From: Eledone cirrhosa
Taxonomy: Eukaryota
Direction: 5' to 3'
DNA length: 64,000 nucleotides
NCBI GenBank assembly: GCA_964016885.1
Contig: OZ024745.1
Coordinates: 87,358,001 to 87,422,000, forward strand
Shown piece after piece: positions 39,210 to 53,107 of the stretch (the stretch's first letter is position 1; the number at the start of each line of letters is the position of its first letter). The position numbers and the translations under genes are program-made. Below the pieces are notes generated by a model. The model searched no databases. It saw nothing but the letters and a program-made list of their open reading frames with translations, and was not told the DNA's origin.

Positions 39210-40795
39210 GGGCGGGTAAAATTCCCGAGATCCATGTACGAGTTCTCCCCAGCGGTCTCTGTCCCTCCTTATCACTGCCATGTCCTGCGTCTCCAACAGA
39301 CCAGTGTCTGTCCTTGGGGCATCAACATACGCTAACATCAGTCTCCTCCGTGTCACTTTTGAGCTGACTTTTGGGAGGCTCCCATACAGCTCTGAGTTTT
39401 TCATCCTCAGTGTATACTGATTAATGTTCAGAACCGTCCACAGCATTCTCGTGTAGCACTCATCCACCATCTAAGTGAGTTTCTTGGTTAGTGTCTAAGT
39501 ATCAAATCCGTACAGCAGCACAGACTCAACTACAGCAATGAAGAGGCGGATTTTCAGTTCTTTACGAAGGTCCGATTTCCACACTGTGGCACGCCGCCCA
39601 GGATTTGATCTTCCTCTCAACCACATCATCTTCCATATTCCCAAACTTTGCTCCCAAATACAGGAAGTCCTCAACCAATTCTAGCGGCTTCCCGCCTACA
39701 TTAGTGATCCCCTCTGGCTTCTCAACATTCTCTACCAGATATTTTGTTTTAGTCTCATTCATTCTCAGCCCCACACTCATCGTCACAGTCTCAACCTCCT
39801 GCATCAAATGCTCTGCCTCCTTCACCGTATTAGTCACCAAAACTATGTCGTCGAAAAATTCAGCATTCGACATCTTTTTCGCCTTAACTCTGCTGCTCTG
39901 AGCTGGTGCTACAGCGAAGCCAGAGTCCTGGTGTTTCTCCAGAGCAAGGCGCATACAATAGTCCACTACGATGATAAAATGGTAGGGAGCCAATGTATCT
40001 CCCTGGAGCACTCCAGCCAGTATCTCAAAGAACTCTGTAATCCCATCAGGTGTAATGACTTGGGCTTTGGTGTTGGTGTAGAGCAGTAATATCAGGTCCA
40101 CTATCTTCCTGGGGACTCCATAAGCCTGTAATATCTTCGTCAGGCAGTGACGGTCCACAGAAGCAAAGGCCTTCCTAAAGTCAATGAAAACCATGACCGC
40201 AGGAAGGAACTTTGCTCTAGCTCCCTCTAATATCCTCCTCAGCATCAGGATGTGACTGGTGGTTGATCTTCCCTCTCTGAAGCCTTTCTGGTTCTCCCTG
40301 ATCTTCTTCTCCAACTCAGGCTGGATCCTGTTAAGAATCATCCTGTTGAGGGTCTTTGCCACAAGTGACGTCAGTGAGATCCCCCTGTAGTTGTTGGTGT
40401 TAGAGAGATCTCTCTTCTTTGGCAATGGGACGATGTTACTGATCCTCCACTGAATCGGGGCAACTTCTTTCTCCAGTGCCTGGTTACATGACCCCAGGAT
40501 GATATCATCAAAATCACACCTCTTCATCACCTCTGATGCCACTCCATCTTCTCCATGAGCCTTGTCCTCCTTGATCTGCTTCTTGGCTCTCTGAAGCTCC
40601 TCTCTGGTGAAAGGCTCTGTCTCAATATCCTGTTCTTCAAACAGCCGCCTGATCTCCCCAGGGCTCTGGGTTGTGGAGGGCGGCTCTGCTAGTAGGGTCC
40701 AAAAATGGTCTAGCCAATTCCTCTTCCTATCCTCGGGCCCTGTTCCCTGTATCTGACTTGAACACCTTCTCTTCCTCCCTGTGATCTCGTTGAAA
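39208..40795 (-). mobile_element. RTE-like LINE, 5'-truncated (RT and C-terminus)
   Basis: ORF 39562-40542: PLPKKRDLS..NYRGISL, QKGFREGRS, FIDFRKAF, GVLQGDTLAP, FFDDIVL, FLYLG. Confidence 0.9.
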
Positions 40796-41552
40796 TTTTG
40801 GTACCCTTGAAATATATATAATAAAATAAATATGGTTTTATAAAGATAGTTTCCATTTATTATTATTTTTGATATTATACTCCAGAAGAAATCTTGTAGA
40901 GTGCGTCTAATCTGTTATAAACTAATTTTGTTGAATAACCAGCAAATTAAATAACTCATTGCTTATATATATATATATATATATATTGTTATACTTTGGG
41001 AGGGTCATGTTGCCAATAAGAAACACACGCACCAGTTGCTTTCACTTCAATTTATTATATATTTATAAATTTATAAATTTACAAATCTACAAACTTATAA
41101 ATTTCTGGTTGGTTGGTTGGTTCCACAACCAGATAGTTGTTTATATATAGTCATAGTCCTTTCGTCACACACTCTGTGACCTCTTCAGTGACTGGGGATT
41201 CCTTTCTTTGTTTCTGTGCCTGACACACACAGAAACAAAATGGCGTAGGACAGAAGAAAGGAAAGGCACAGAAACAAAGAAAGGAATCCCCAGTCACTGA
41301 AGAGCTCACAGAGTGTGTGACGAAAGGACTATGACTATATATAAGCAACTATCTGGTTGTGGAACCAACCAACCAGAAATTTATAAGTTTGTAGATTTGT
41401 AAATTTATAAATTTATAAATATATAATAAATTGAAGTGAAAGCAACTGGTGCGTGTGTTTCTTACTGGCAAGATGACCCTCCCAAAGTATAACAATATCG
41501 GTTTCAACACAAGATTTCAGATAAAGAATCTTGCTAAACAAATTCAGAAACG

Positions 41553-41621
<69 letters not shown>

Positions 41622-41853
41622 CAATGACTTATTTAATTTGTTGGTTATTCAAGAAAATTAGTTTATAACAGATTAGAAGCACTCTACAAGATTTCTTCTG
41701 GAGTATAATATCAAAAGTAATAATAAATGGAAACTATCTTTATAAAACCATATTTATTTTATTATATATATTTCAAGGGTACCAAAATATCAACGAGATC
41801 ACAGGGAGGAAGAGAAGGTGTTCGAGTGAGATCCAGGGAACAGAGCCCGAGGA
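40730..41853. repeat. Nested ~1.1-kb inverted repeat: outer arms 40730-40965/41618-41853, inner arms 40983-41215/41265-41498
   Basis: Direct reverse-complement matches, with arms separated by (TA)n tracts. Confidence 0.9.
41149..41193 (-). ncRNA. Minimal type I hammerhead ribozyme (mirror copy on plus strand at 41292-41336)
   Basis: AGTCA CTGAAGA G GTCACA GAGTG TGTGAC GAAA GGAC T A TGACT. Confidence 0.75.
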
Positions 41854-42096
41854 TATATATATATATTTTGTTTTTTTCTCAACCTGTTAGTTCTTTCGTT
41901 ACTTTGGTATTGTGTGTTAGATTTTGCCTACCACAATGTTCAATTTGTCAAGCTATTTAAACGTATGTTATTACTCTAAGGACCTACCTTGTCGAGTGCT
42001 TTGCTAACTCATTCATATAGTATTTCGAATTTGCTTGCACACCGCCAAAGATTCGATTTTACTAAGCATCCAATTATATATATATATATATATATA

Positions 42097-42270
42097 GTAA
42101 TAATATTGTTTCTACTTTTGGCACAAGGCCAGCAATTACCAGGTGCATTACCGGTACTTTATTTTATCGACCTCGTAAGGATGAAAGGCAAAGTTAACCT
42201 CGGCGGGATTTGAACTCAGAATGGCAAGGGCCGTAACTGTATGCGTCAAAGCATGGCGTCAGACCCTCTT
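42097..42270 (-). mobile_element. SINE family A
   Basis: Reverse-complement match to 2976-3155. Confidence 0.85.
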
Positions 42271-42797
42271 TCGAATAATAATATTTATACTTATATATGT
42301 TTAATATACAATTATAAATATGGAGGGTTGAAGTAAGTACTAGCCGGTTACCGGTATGATAAAAGGCTCAATGCAAATTATCAAGTGTATTACAGAACCT
42401 ACATACAAAGTGTTAAAACAATCAAATGTTAGTTTAATACATTTATTTGCTGACAATTGTCTGGAATCATTTCAGCTGTAATATAACTCCTACCTCATGC
42501 ATGCCTTATTGATTGTATTGACTCTTACATCATATACCCTTAACATTACCTGATCACCAATGCTATGATACATTATGTCTATCCTATCTTACATTTTTTC
42601 TTGCTTGTAACTTTTTTTGCTTGTAACTTTTTTTGCTTGTACATTTTGCACTTTACTCCTTGTAATTTTGTTCTCGAAGCATAACATTCTTCTAACTCCC
42701 AAATCTCTACATGATGTCTAGAACACAGACAACAGTTATGTACCTACCTAAATGTTCTGAAGGCTAGGATTGTAATCACCTGTTTAAACATTCCCTA

Positions 42798-42844
42798 TGC
42801 TCCGATGAATCCAGACATCCCTCTGAAAGAAACAATTGTCAGCA
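42798..42844 (+). ncRNA. Hammerhead-like motif (CCGA variant) in an inverted pLTR-like stub 42402-42890
   Basis: TGCT CCGATGA ATCCAGA CATCCC TCTGAAA GAAA CAATTG T C AGCA. 42832-42890 is an inverted copy of 42402-42460. Confidence 0.55.
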
Positions 42845-42884
42845 AATGAATTTATTAAATTAAGATTTGATTGTTTTAATACTT

Positions 42885-42924
<40 letters not shown>

Positions 42925-43042
42925 AAAAAAAGGAAAAGAGTGACTTCACTGATAGTGCTAAATAATTTGCTTTCATTTTATAATATTATAATATTATGAG
43001 TTGGTAGATCTAGTAAGTTCTTTGTTAACTTCGGTGGGAAGA

Positions 43043-43083
<41 letters not shown>

Positions 43084-43203
43084 CTATATATACACATATA
43101 TGTACCTATACACACACATATATATATATGTTTATGTATATATATACACACACACACATATATATATATATTTTTGTCCATGATTTCCTGCGTTTATTTA
43201 TGA

Positions 43204-44192
43204 CTAGCAGTAAAGCCCGGCGTTGCTCGGGGTCGCTCAGTAGCTGTGTTAAAGTTACAATGTTAAGTTTCTTTTTTGGCTTAAAAACTGTAGTGTCTAC
43301 TGTGAAGACTTGCATGTGGTGTTTTTGATTAATATTCCCTCAACCAACAATATGCCTTATGAAGTTAAGAAAACATAACGATAACCCGAATGTTATAACA
43401 AAAGAGGATGCTGGGGATAGAAACTGCACTGGTTATTTATTAACAAAGATCGAAAATGTAAACACTGCAACGCAGAGAAAAACATTAGCGTAACCAAATT
43501 ATCAGTTATGTCTGTCTGCACGCCTATATCACCTCTCTGCACGACTGTCTGTCTGCACGCCTATATCACCTCTCTGCACGACTGTCTGTCTGCACGCCTA
43601 TATCACCTCTCTGCACGACTGTCTGTCTGCACGCCTATATCACCTCTCTGCACGACTATCTGTCTGCACGCGTATATCACCTCTCTGCACGACTGTCTGT
43701 CTGCACGACTGTCTGTCTGCACGCCTAACGACGAAATATTTGCTTGTTTTACGTAGTCTTTAAATAGACTTGTTTTCAAGTAAAAATATTGTTTTAAAAT
43801 GCTTTTAAATGGAAATGAAGCAAAACGGAAGCTTAGTGTTCGAACTGATGAATTTTGCAGGTCAATATTTTGCTGGCTCGACAACTGTCTGTTCGTGTAT
43901 TGTGTTAATGTCATTTTAAACGCTGAGAAAGCCAGCGTAATTTTTTACGTAAGACGCTCAATGTAAACAGAACAAAGGGAAATAACTGATAACTTACGCT
44001 CAAAAATCGATACATTATATTCGATTTCGTCACATAGGGTGGGTCAATTTGAAATATTTTTTTTCCGATGTCTTCGCTAGGGCTCATTGTACAAGTATAG
44101 CAATTTCGGTGCAATTACATGAGAGATTCTAAGAGGAGATGTGTGCCAAAAATCGATAGACAGACAGACAACCACAGTTTTATATATGTAAA
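43204..44192 (-). mobile_element. Non-autonomous Helitron inserted at an A|T site in the 5' end of a PLE
   Basis: 3' end CCCGAGCAACGCCGGGCTTTACTGCTAG and 5' end TATATAAAACTGTGGTTGTCTGTCTGTC. The flanks rejoin into the PLE sequence seen uninterrupted at 29.0-29.1 kb. Confidence 0.75.
43509..43727. repeat. 37-bp minisatellite, ~5.5 copies, inside the Helitron
   Basis: Unit TGTCTGTCTGCACGCCTATATCACCTCTCTGCACGAC. Confidence 0.95.
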
Positions 44193-47100
44193 TTATGATT
44201 TTTTGTCTATGACTTTCCTGTGTATACTCACCTCTCCTTACGTCATTTCTGTTTGATTTTCCCTCCCCCGTCTCTGTCTATCTTTCGCACTCCCCCCCCC
44301 CCCCTCCGCTTCACACACCTCCCTCCTCATTCCTCCCACTGCTTTCACTCCACGCCCACCATGAGATCCTTTCTCCACCAACTCCACACCCGCCTCAAAC
44401 TTTTCCTCACGCCCCTCCTCCCACCCTGCTATCTCCCCTCGGCCCTCCAACTCTCCTACCTTCTCTTCGCCAAAACCCTGCACTCCAGCAACATCCATTT
44501 CCTCAGCCGCTGCCTCCTCATCCACCTCATCCCCCTCGGCTTCGGACTACACTTCCACACCTACTCCTCCGCTTCCCCCTCCACCCAACGTATCCTCACC
44601 CGATCCTCGCGCCTCCTAATGCGCAACTCCCTCCGCTCCTCCCGATCCACCATCCGCAACCTTGACTACAAACTGAACCCCACCCTCTTCAGCCTTAACA
44701 CCGTATGCCACCCCCTCCTCGCCCACTCCAACCTCCTCTTCATTTAAAACCTCAACCACGACCTCTTCTCCTACCCCCCCCCCCCCCCCCCCCCCACGGC
44801 CATCCCTATGACCCCCACACATCTACCCCACCCCACCCACCTCACCCCCACTACACCACCTCCTCCTCCTTCACACACCCAAACTCCACCACTTGTTGTC
44901 ACCATACCGCTGACCTCCCCCTCTCCGCACCTGAGCACTCACTCCCCAGTAGAGGCCTTCGCTTCATACCCCACACTCCGCACAGCGACGAATTCCGCAC
45001 CCGAACGGAAGTCGAGCGATTCGTGCGACGCACGAAGTTACAGGCACATTCTCATCAAACGCCACCGGCTCCGAATGCCCCAGACCCGTTTCTCGCCCTG
45101 GGCCGACGACCATAGTCTTGGACGCCGGCCCCAGGGCAATTTGGGACCCAGGACGTTCGTCGACGCCTGTCGTAGCGCAGTAAATCGCTTCAACTTCCGC
45201 CACCGGTCCAAACGGAATAACATCTCACGGGGCGAACTCCTCGCTCTCCGCTCCCTCCGTAGCCGAGATGACATCGTCATCAAACCGGCGGACAAGGGAG
45301 GCGCCGTGGTGGTGTGGTGTGCTGACCTCTACACGGCCGAAGCCCTCAGGCAGCTCCGTTAACGCCTCTTCTACAGCCCTCTACCCTCCGATCCCACACC
45401 CCTCTACCAACAACAAGTTTCTTCCAACATCCAACACCTTGGCTATTACTCCCTCCTCCCTCCCACCGATTCCCACCTCATCGTCCGCACCCCCTTACCC
45501 CTATTATCTACTTCATCCCCAAACTCGACAAACCCGACAACCCCGGCCGCCCCATCGTCTCCGCTTGTAACTGACCCACCGAACTCATCTCCGCCTTTCT
45601 TGACTCCATCCTCGCCCCCCTCGTTACCACCTTCCCCTCCCACATCTTCGACACCAACCACGCCCTTCGCCTGTTCGACTACTTTACTTTCTCACCCGGC
45701 CCACACCCCCTCCTCTTCACCCTAGATATCAAGTCGCGTTATACTGTCATCCCACACGCCGACGTCCTACGTGCCCTCAAGCACTCCCTCGACCTTCGCC
45801 CCTCCCCTCTCCTCTCCCATCCACCCCACTCTTCTTCGCTTCTCCTTCTCGGGTGAATTTTACCAACATGACACGGTGGTAGCCATGGGCACAAGAATGG
45901 GTCCAAACTATGCCAACCTTTTCGTTGGCCATGTTGAGGCCCAAATCTTTGCCCAGTACACCGGCCCCACGCGCGAACTGTATGGTCGTTACATCGACGA
46001 CTGTATCGGATCCACGACCCTCACCCGAGAACAGCTCGACTCCTTTCTCTCCTTCGAACCCCTCAATCCACTTCACCACCTCTGTCTCCACCACCCACGT
46101 CCACTTATTAGACATATCCGTCACCATCGACCCTCCCACCACTCCCTCGTCACCTCCGCCTTCTTCAAACCCAACGACTCACACTCCTACCTCAACTTCA
46201 CCTCCTCCCACCCCTACACACACTGAACACTCTATTCCCTACTCCCAACTCCTCAGGATCCGCCGCTCTGCAGCCGAGATGCTGACTTTGAATCCCAGGC
46301 CCTCTCCCTAGTCAGCCATTTCATCCGCAGAGGCTATCCCCCCCCCCCTCTCGTCCACACCGCCCTCACTCGAGCCCGTGCTGTCCACCGTTCCACCACA
46401 CCCACCCCACAGCACCGCACACCGACCCACCATCTCCTCTTCCCCATTACCTACCACGCCTCCACCCTACCCCTACACCACAACATCCTCCGCCTCTTCC
46501 GACGCCTCCAGTCCGAACCCTCCACCTCCCACATCTTCCCATCCCCACCCTCCCCTCCTTCAAACGCGCACGCAATCTCCTCACCCTTTTCGTCCGCAGC
46601 TCCCTGCCCCCAACCCACGATCTTCTTCTCCCCCCGGTTCCCTTCCTGTTCCAGGTCTCGTTGCAACACCTGCCCCCACGTCACCAACACAACCACCTTC
46701 CAGGGTCACAACGGCCACTCTATCTCTGACCGGCACACCTTCCGCTGCATCTCATCCAACTTAGTCTATGGACTTCGCTGCACGGAGTGCAGCGCACCCT
46801 ACGTCGGACAGACTCAACGTCGCCTGGCGGATCGTTTCACCGAACACCTCCGGGATATTCGTCTCGGCGGGAGTTCCCCCATCGCCCTCCACTTTGGCTC
46901 CCCTGGACATTCCGCCCACCACCTCACAGTCTGTGGCCTACTCCAATGCCACTGAACACCCGCCACCCGCCTCACGATCGAACAACGCACCATCTTCACC
47001 CTACAGACTCATACTACCCCCGGCCTGAATTCCCCACCCCTATTCCTTTAGCCTTCGACCGCCCTGTCCCACAACACACACATAACCCCCACTAACACGT

Positions 47101-48135
47101 CTACTAATACACACCCCATCCGCCCACATAACTCCCACCCCACTCCACCTTTCATACCTACCCATCCTCTCCCTTTCCACCGCACACTCAGACACAGTCC
47201 TCACACACTGACTTTCTCCACCTGCCATTCTCGTCTACTGCTTTGTCCTGCCTTGACCCTCTGACGACTTTCTCCGCGCACACAGACACACAGTCCTCTT
47301 CACCTGTCATTCTCCTCTACCTTCATCCTGCCTTGACCCTCTGACCACTTCCTGTTGTGCGCGCACCCACATCTCCCCACTTCCGACCACCACAACCAAC
47401 GGATTACACAACAGCTGCCATCGTTCCAACTAGCCACTCCATAACATGGAAAATATCCGGCAACTCTTCACACCCAATACATAACTACCTTAGGAACTTA
47501 CCCACGGACATACACTCACAATTCTTTTTCGAACCACGCCACCTACATCCACAAAACGTATAAATACCAACACACACGTGCGTACCCCCACATACATACA
47601 CACTCAGCCTCCGGAATCCTCCCCCCCTCCCCCACCCCTATGACCCCATCCACACGCACACACACACCGACCTACACCTCACCCCACCCACACCTTTTCC
47701 TGAACATGGAACCTCGTTCTTCCCCCAACTCTCACATTCACATACACACACATACACACACATGTGCACCTACACACATACACAAACACCACCTTCAGCC
47801 CTCCCCGCTCGGACAACCCGCCTCCCTCTCCCCACTCCACCCGCCACCACCTCTACACGCCCCACACACTTCCACCACTTGTTTATCTTCATGTTTATTT
47901 TAATTTTTATTTGTACCCCTTCCACAGTTTTCCTACCTTTCCTCTCCTCCCCTTTTTTCTAAACGTCTCTCCACCACTCCCCCACATACCCTCGGAACTC
48001 TCTTCCCACCCACTTTTCTCCTGAAGAAGGGCTTATGCCTGAAACGCCCCCGCCCCCACCATCAAGAGCGTGACACTAATAAACCTTTGTTTGTACTGCC
48101 TCTCTGTTTTATTCCCATTCCATTTTTCACTATAA
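44193..48135 (+). mobile_element. Penelope-like element (Neptune-like type), near full length, decayed (RT + GIY-YIG)
   Basis: IVIKPADKGGAVVVW, GRPIVSAC, LDIKSRYT, AMGTRMGPNYANLF, RYIDD, SIPYSQLLR, CSRSRCNTC, LVYGLRCTECSAPYVGQTQRRLADRFTEH, PGLN. Hammerhead remnant at 48021-48046. Confidence 0.9.
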
Positions 48136-49642
48136 GGGTGAAAGCAGCGATTCTTTGCTTAAACTTTAATCTGTTATTTTAATATATATATATATATATA
48201 TATATACCGGGTTTCCTGATGATTTCTTTTGAATGAAACAGTTCTAGTTGTGGAAGCCATTTCTATATTCAACTTTATGTATACATATATGTATATACAT
48301 ATTCATATATACATACATATAGATGTTTTTGTCTATTTGTGAACAAGTATGTATACGCGACCATGTGTGTGATTGAAATTAATATTTACATACTTTATGA
48401 CGTTAAATACGATTTGAGAAATGCACAGTCATATTTGAATACCCATTATTTGTTATATTGAAATTGCATTTTTATTTTTAATATCACTTGAGCAAAAGGA
48501 AATTTGTTTGATGTATGTTATTGCTTTCTGACGATAAATCAATTATATTTTTCCTGATTTACGTTAGTTGTCTAATATCTAACAATCCTATTTAGAGACA
48601 TATCCCAAGATTGGTGGATAGAATATCTCAGATACTCAGCAGCCAACTGTCCATTTATTTAGCAAGCATAATATTTAGATAACAATGATTATAATACTTT
48701 TTTTTTACTAACTTTTAGCTTTATTTACTAATAGATGTTCAATATATTTATTGGATAATTTATGTTTTTAATGATGCCTTTAATGATGCCTTTCATTGAA
48801 TTCAATTGTCGTGTCGTATTGTCAATGACAGTTTAACTTCCAAAGTATGAGGGATGATTGTTAATCCATTTTTTTAAAGGTATGACTTTGGTGTTTATTG
48901 TTTTTAGACAAGGCTGATTACATTTATCTTTCTTAAATAGTATCATGTTTTTTGTTGAGTGCAACTATATTTTAATAATTCAATTCAAGTTCTCTGGTCA
49001 CAATCATTCCATTATTACTTATGTCCCTCTAATACGGAATTATATCGCAGAAGAGCCACGTTAGCTATTACAAACAGAATATTCTGTTACATTGTCTCTT
49101 TATTTATTTTGAGAAATGTCAAAAATTTCGTCGCGATACAGCGACCTGGTCACCAACACATTTCAACTGTAATTCTATAGATTTTAATATAAAATTCCCC
49201 TGATATATTAGCACATCTTTTTGATATCTTATACGTTTTTCTTTTCATTTCCTTATAAATTATTGAGATTTGATACATTTGTATGGGTGCAGACATAGTC
49301 TTATGATTAAGAAATCGCGAGGTTCTGAGTTCGACACCTTTGAGCATGTGTGACAAATCATCTCATGCTTATTACGCCCGCCATGTTTGAGTTGATGAAG
49401 TAACGAACTATGCCGAATTAAAGGTCAATCGAATAATATTTAGGGTTTGCACACTTTCGCATCTTTTTTTTTGTGGACCTGGCCTGTAGTATATTGTCTA
49501 TTCTGTTCACTTTAGTGAATCCAATGAGGCAATCACTCGACATAACGAAATGAAATGAAAGGTTGAAAAGCAAATTTGGCCTCGGTGGGATTTGAACCCA
49601 GAGAGCAAACAACCAGAACAAATACTGCAAGGCATTCTATAC

Positions 49643-49846
49643 CAGATATGCCTGACATACAGCCCGCGGGCTGCATGCGGTCCTTTACAAGCACACCTGC
49701 GACCCGCACAAAGGTTTTTACAGCGCGAGCGTAATATAAACTAAAAAAATATTAGTTGTAATGTGCGCAATTAGTTGTCATGTGTGGCCTTCAGACAACA
49801 TATATGTTACCCAGGTCCTCGGGGGACCCTCAGTTTGACATGCCAG
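49643..49846. mobile_element. hAT-type MITE nested in a SINE
   Basis: 8-bp TSD TTCTATAC (49635-49642, 49847-49854), degenerate TIRs CAGATATGCCTGAC / GTTTGACATGCCAG, internal GCCCGCGGGCTGCATGCGG. Confidence 0.75.
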
Positions 49847-49901
49847 TTCTATACAATGTTCTAACGACCCATCCAATTCTCCGCCTGCAGGAATATATAT
49901 A

Positions 49902-50214
49902 GTGGGCACTCCGTCGGTTAGAGGATGAGTATTACTGTTGATACGATCAACGGAACAGCCTGCTCATGAAATTAACGAGGAAGTGGCTGAGCATTCTACA
50001 AACACGCGAACCCTTAACGTAGTTCTCAGGGAGATTCAGTAAGACACAGCTGGCATCTTCGATATACAGATACAACTCATTTTTGCTAGCTGGAATGGAC
50101 TGGAGCAACTTGAAATAAAGTATCTTGCTCAAGGACACAACGCGCCGCCGGGAATCAAACTCACGACCTTACAATCGTGAGCCGAATACCCTAACCACAA
50201 AGCCACATGCCTTC
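49902..50214 (-). mobile_element. tRNA-head CORE-like SINE (family B)
   Basis: Minus strand GGCATGTGGCTTTGTGGTTAGGG...GAGTTTGATTCCCGG...TCCTTGAGCAAGATACTTTATTTCA. Confidence 0.8.
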
Positions 50215-50254
50215 ACGTTGGAATATATACATAACTGTAAAAACACATATTGAT

Positions 50255-50408
50255 ATCTAGTATAGGCACAAGGCTGGTAATTTGGAGGGATGGAGAAAGT
50301 CGATTAAATCGACACCAGTACGTTACTGGTGTTTTATTTTATCGACCCCGTAAGGATGAAAGGCAAAGTTAACTTCAGCGGGATTTGAACTCTACCGATA
50401 CTGCCAAT
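50255..50408 (-). mobile_element. SINE family A with internal deletion
   Basis: Body and head joined directly at GAACTC|TACCGATACTGCCAA. Confidence 0.75.
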
Positions 50409-50689
50409 ATACAAGCAGACACGCTGATACGTAGACACACATCTATATGACCGTACAAATTAGTTGATTTATGATCTAAATTTAACCACTAAATTCAAAC
50501 TACCTAGTTTCGTTTCAGTCTGTTCTTTCCTCAGTTCCTTCTCATTAATATCTAGAAAAATCTAATCACTGTGTCGATGCAAATTAATTGATTTTCTGCA
50601 CTTTCTATGAAAAAACATAACTAATTAGAGTTACAATTTCATTATTTAAATTATTTCAGTGAAAATATCCGTCCAAACTTACTTTCTGT

Positions 50690-51016
50690 TTTTCCTGCTG
50701 TTGTTGCTACTGCTGCTGTTGTTATTGTTACTGTAACTATTGTTGTTTTTGCTATTGTTGTTGTTGTTGCTGTTACTGTTGTTGCTGTTGCTATTGTTAT
50801 TGTTGTTGCTGCTTTTGTTGCTGCTGCTTTTGCTATTGTTGTTGTTGTTGTTGTTGCTGCTGTTGTTCCTATTGCTATTGTTGTGGTTGCTGCTGTTGTT
50901 CTTGTTACTGTAACTATTGTTGTTGTTGCTGCTATTGTTGCTGCTGTTGTTGTTCTTGTTGCTACTGTAACTATTGCTGTTGTTGTTCCTGTTGTTATTA
51001 TTACGATTGCTATTAC
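50690..51016. repeat. (GTT/GCT/ATT)n trinucleotide low-complexity tract
   Basis: Direct inspection. Confidence 0.92.
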
Positions 51017-51239
51017 GTTATAAATTTAAAGCCAAAATAAAATTGAAACATTAAACAAATAGTTGAACTTTAAAGACGTAACAACAAACATCTATGGAGA
51101 TGCCATTGTTCTTAACACAAAGCAATCATAATTTTAATTTTAATAACAGTTTGTTGTAACCTAATGTTACACGGTTACATCGTGCTATAATCTTCAAGTC
51201 AACATATTCACCATCTCAATCGTTATTTTTCTTATATAT

Positions 51240-51762
51240 ATAATTGTTTCTACTTTTGGCACAAGACCAGCAAATAACCCAGTGCATTACTGGTACTTTA
51301 TTTCATCGACCCCGTAAGGATGGAAGGCAAAGTTAACCTCGGCGGAATTTGAAATATATATAATAATTGTTATTCATTTTTAGAAATAATTGTTTCTACT
51401 TTTGGCACAAGGTTCAGCAATTATACCAGTGTATTACTGGTATATTATTTTATCGACCCTGTAAGGATGAAAGGCAAAGTTAACCTCGGCGGGATTTGAT
51501 CTCAGAACGTAAAGGGCCGTAATTCCATGCTGCAAGCATGGTGTCCGACTCTCTACTGATACTGCCAATCCAGAAATAATTGTTTCTACTTTAGGCACAA
51601 GGCCAGCAATTACCCAGTGCATTACTGGTACTTTATTTTATCGACCCCGTAAGGATGAAAGGCAAAGTCAACCTCGGCGGGATTTGAACTCAGATCATAA
51701 AGGGACGTAACTATGCTGGAAAGCATGGCGTCCGACCCTCTACTGATACTGCCAATCCAGAA
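51240..51762 (-). mobile_element. Three head-to-tail SINE family A copies
   Basis: Copies at ~51240-51352, 51385-51572 and 51574-51760. Confidence 0.85.
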
Positions 51763-51797
51763 ATAATATATAGTATTTATCCCTCGACAAGACGTGA

Positions 51798-52520
51798 ACA
51801 AACACACACATATACAAACTAACAAACACACACACACACACACACACACACATATGTATATATATATGGACAAACACGGTAACACACATATACATACAAA
51901 CAGACACATGAACATACACACACACACACGCTAACATACACACACATGCTAACATACACACCTACACGCTAACATACACACTAACATATGCACACAATCA
52001 CTAACATACGCACATATGTTAACATATACACACATGCGCTAACATACACACACACACACCGGATGCCATACATACACATACTAAAACACACACACGCTAA
52101 CATACACACAGACACGCTAATTATATACACACACGTTAGCTTGCACACACAGACATGCTAACATACACACACTCACGTTAACATACACACACGTACTAAC
52201 ATACACACAGACGCTAATATCCACACACACACAGGTTAACACACACACTAACATATACACGCATACACACGCACGTGCTAACATACACACGCGCACGCTA
52301 ACACACACATACACACACATGCTAACATACACAAACACACATGCTAACACCCACACGCACGCATACACAAATACACAGACACACACATACACTTTAACAT
52401 ACACGTTAACATACGAACACACACATACACCCACACGCTAACATACACACGCGCTACCACATACATACACACACACGCGCTAATACATACACACACACGC
52501 ACACATATACACACATATGC
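51798..52520. repeat. CA-rich minisatellite with (GCTAACATACACAC)-like units
   Basis: Direct inspection. Confidence 0.85.
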
Positions 52521-53107
52521 TCATATATATTGCTTGCTAGAAATTCTCCAACAACGATTTTCTACTTGTTTATTAGTTTCGCATTTACTTTTGGTTTTCG
52601 GAATTTCTAAGATTAAATTTGTAAATGACATTAAATCCCAGCCCCACTTCTTTTGACACTAAATCATATAAAGCCACTGCAGGAATGAATTGCAGTAAAA
52701 TGTCACAGAATAATACTTACAACAGACACACGTGAACAGGTGATAACAATTTAATGAAACATATACTTTCCCCTAACTCTAACTCTAATCCTAACTGTAA
52801 TGAATAACTTTCTTCTTTGACATTCCTACTGAAATTATATATATGCGAGTGTATGGTAAAAACCAACTGATACTAATGTAAATATTCCTGCAATCATACA
52901 TACATAGAAACACAACTACGCCTGCAAAACAGACAATTAGTGTGGTTATGTTGTTAATCAATTTAATAGAAGTAACAAACATGTCTTCAGCAAAGTGTAT
53001 TCAAATGCTTTAGAAAAAGGAAGGATGGGTCAGACATTGTATTATAGCAAACCCTTATATACAAAGAACGATGTTACATTTTATTATTATCAGGCTGCTT
53101 GATAAGA

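Noticed and set aside
45560-45590. In-frame TGA at a likely Cys position (SACN*PTEL), suggesting selenocysteine as in Naiad PLEs
   Set aside because: The element has many other stops and frameshifts and no SECIS was recognised, so simple decay is sufficient.
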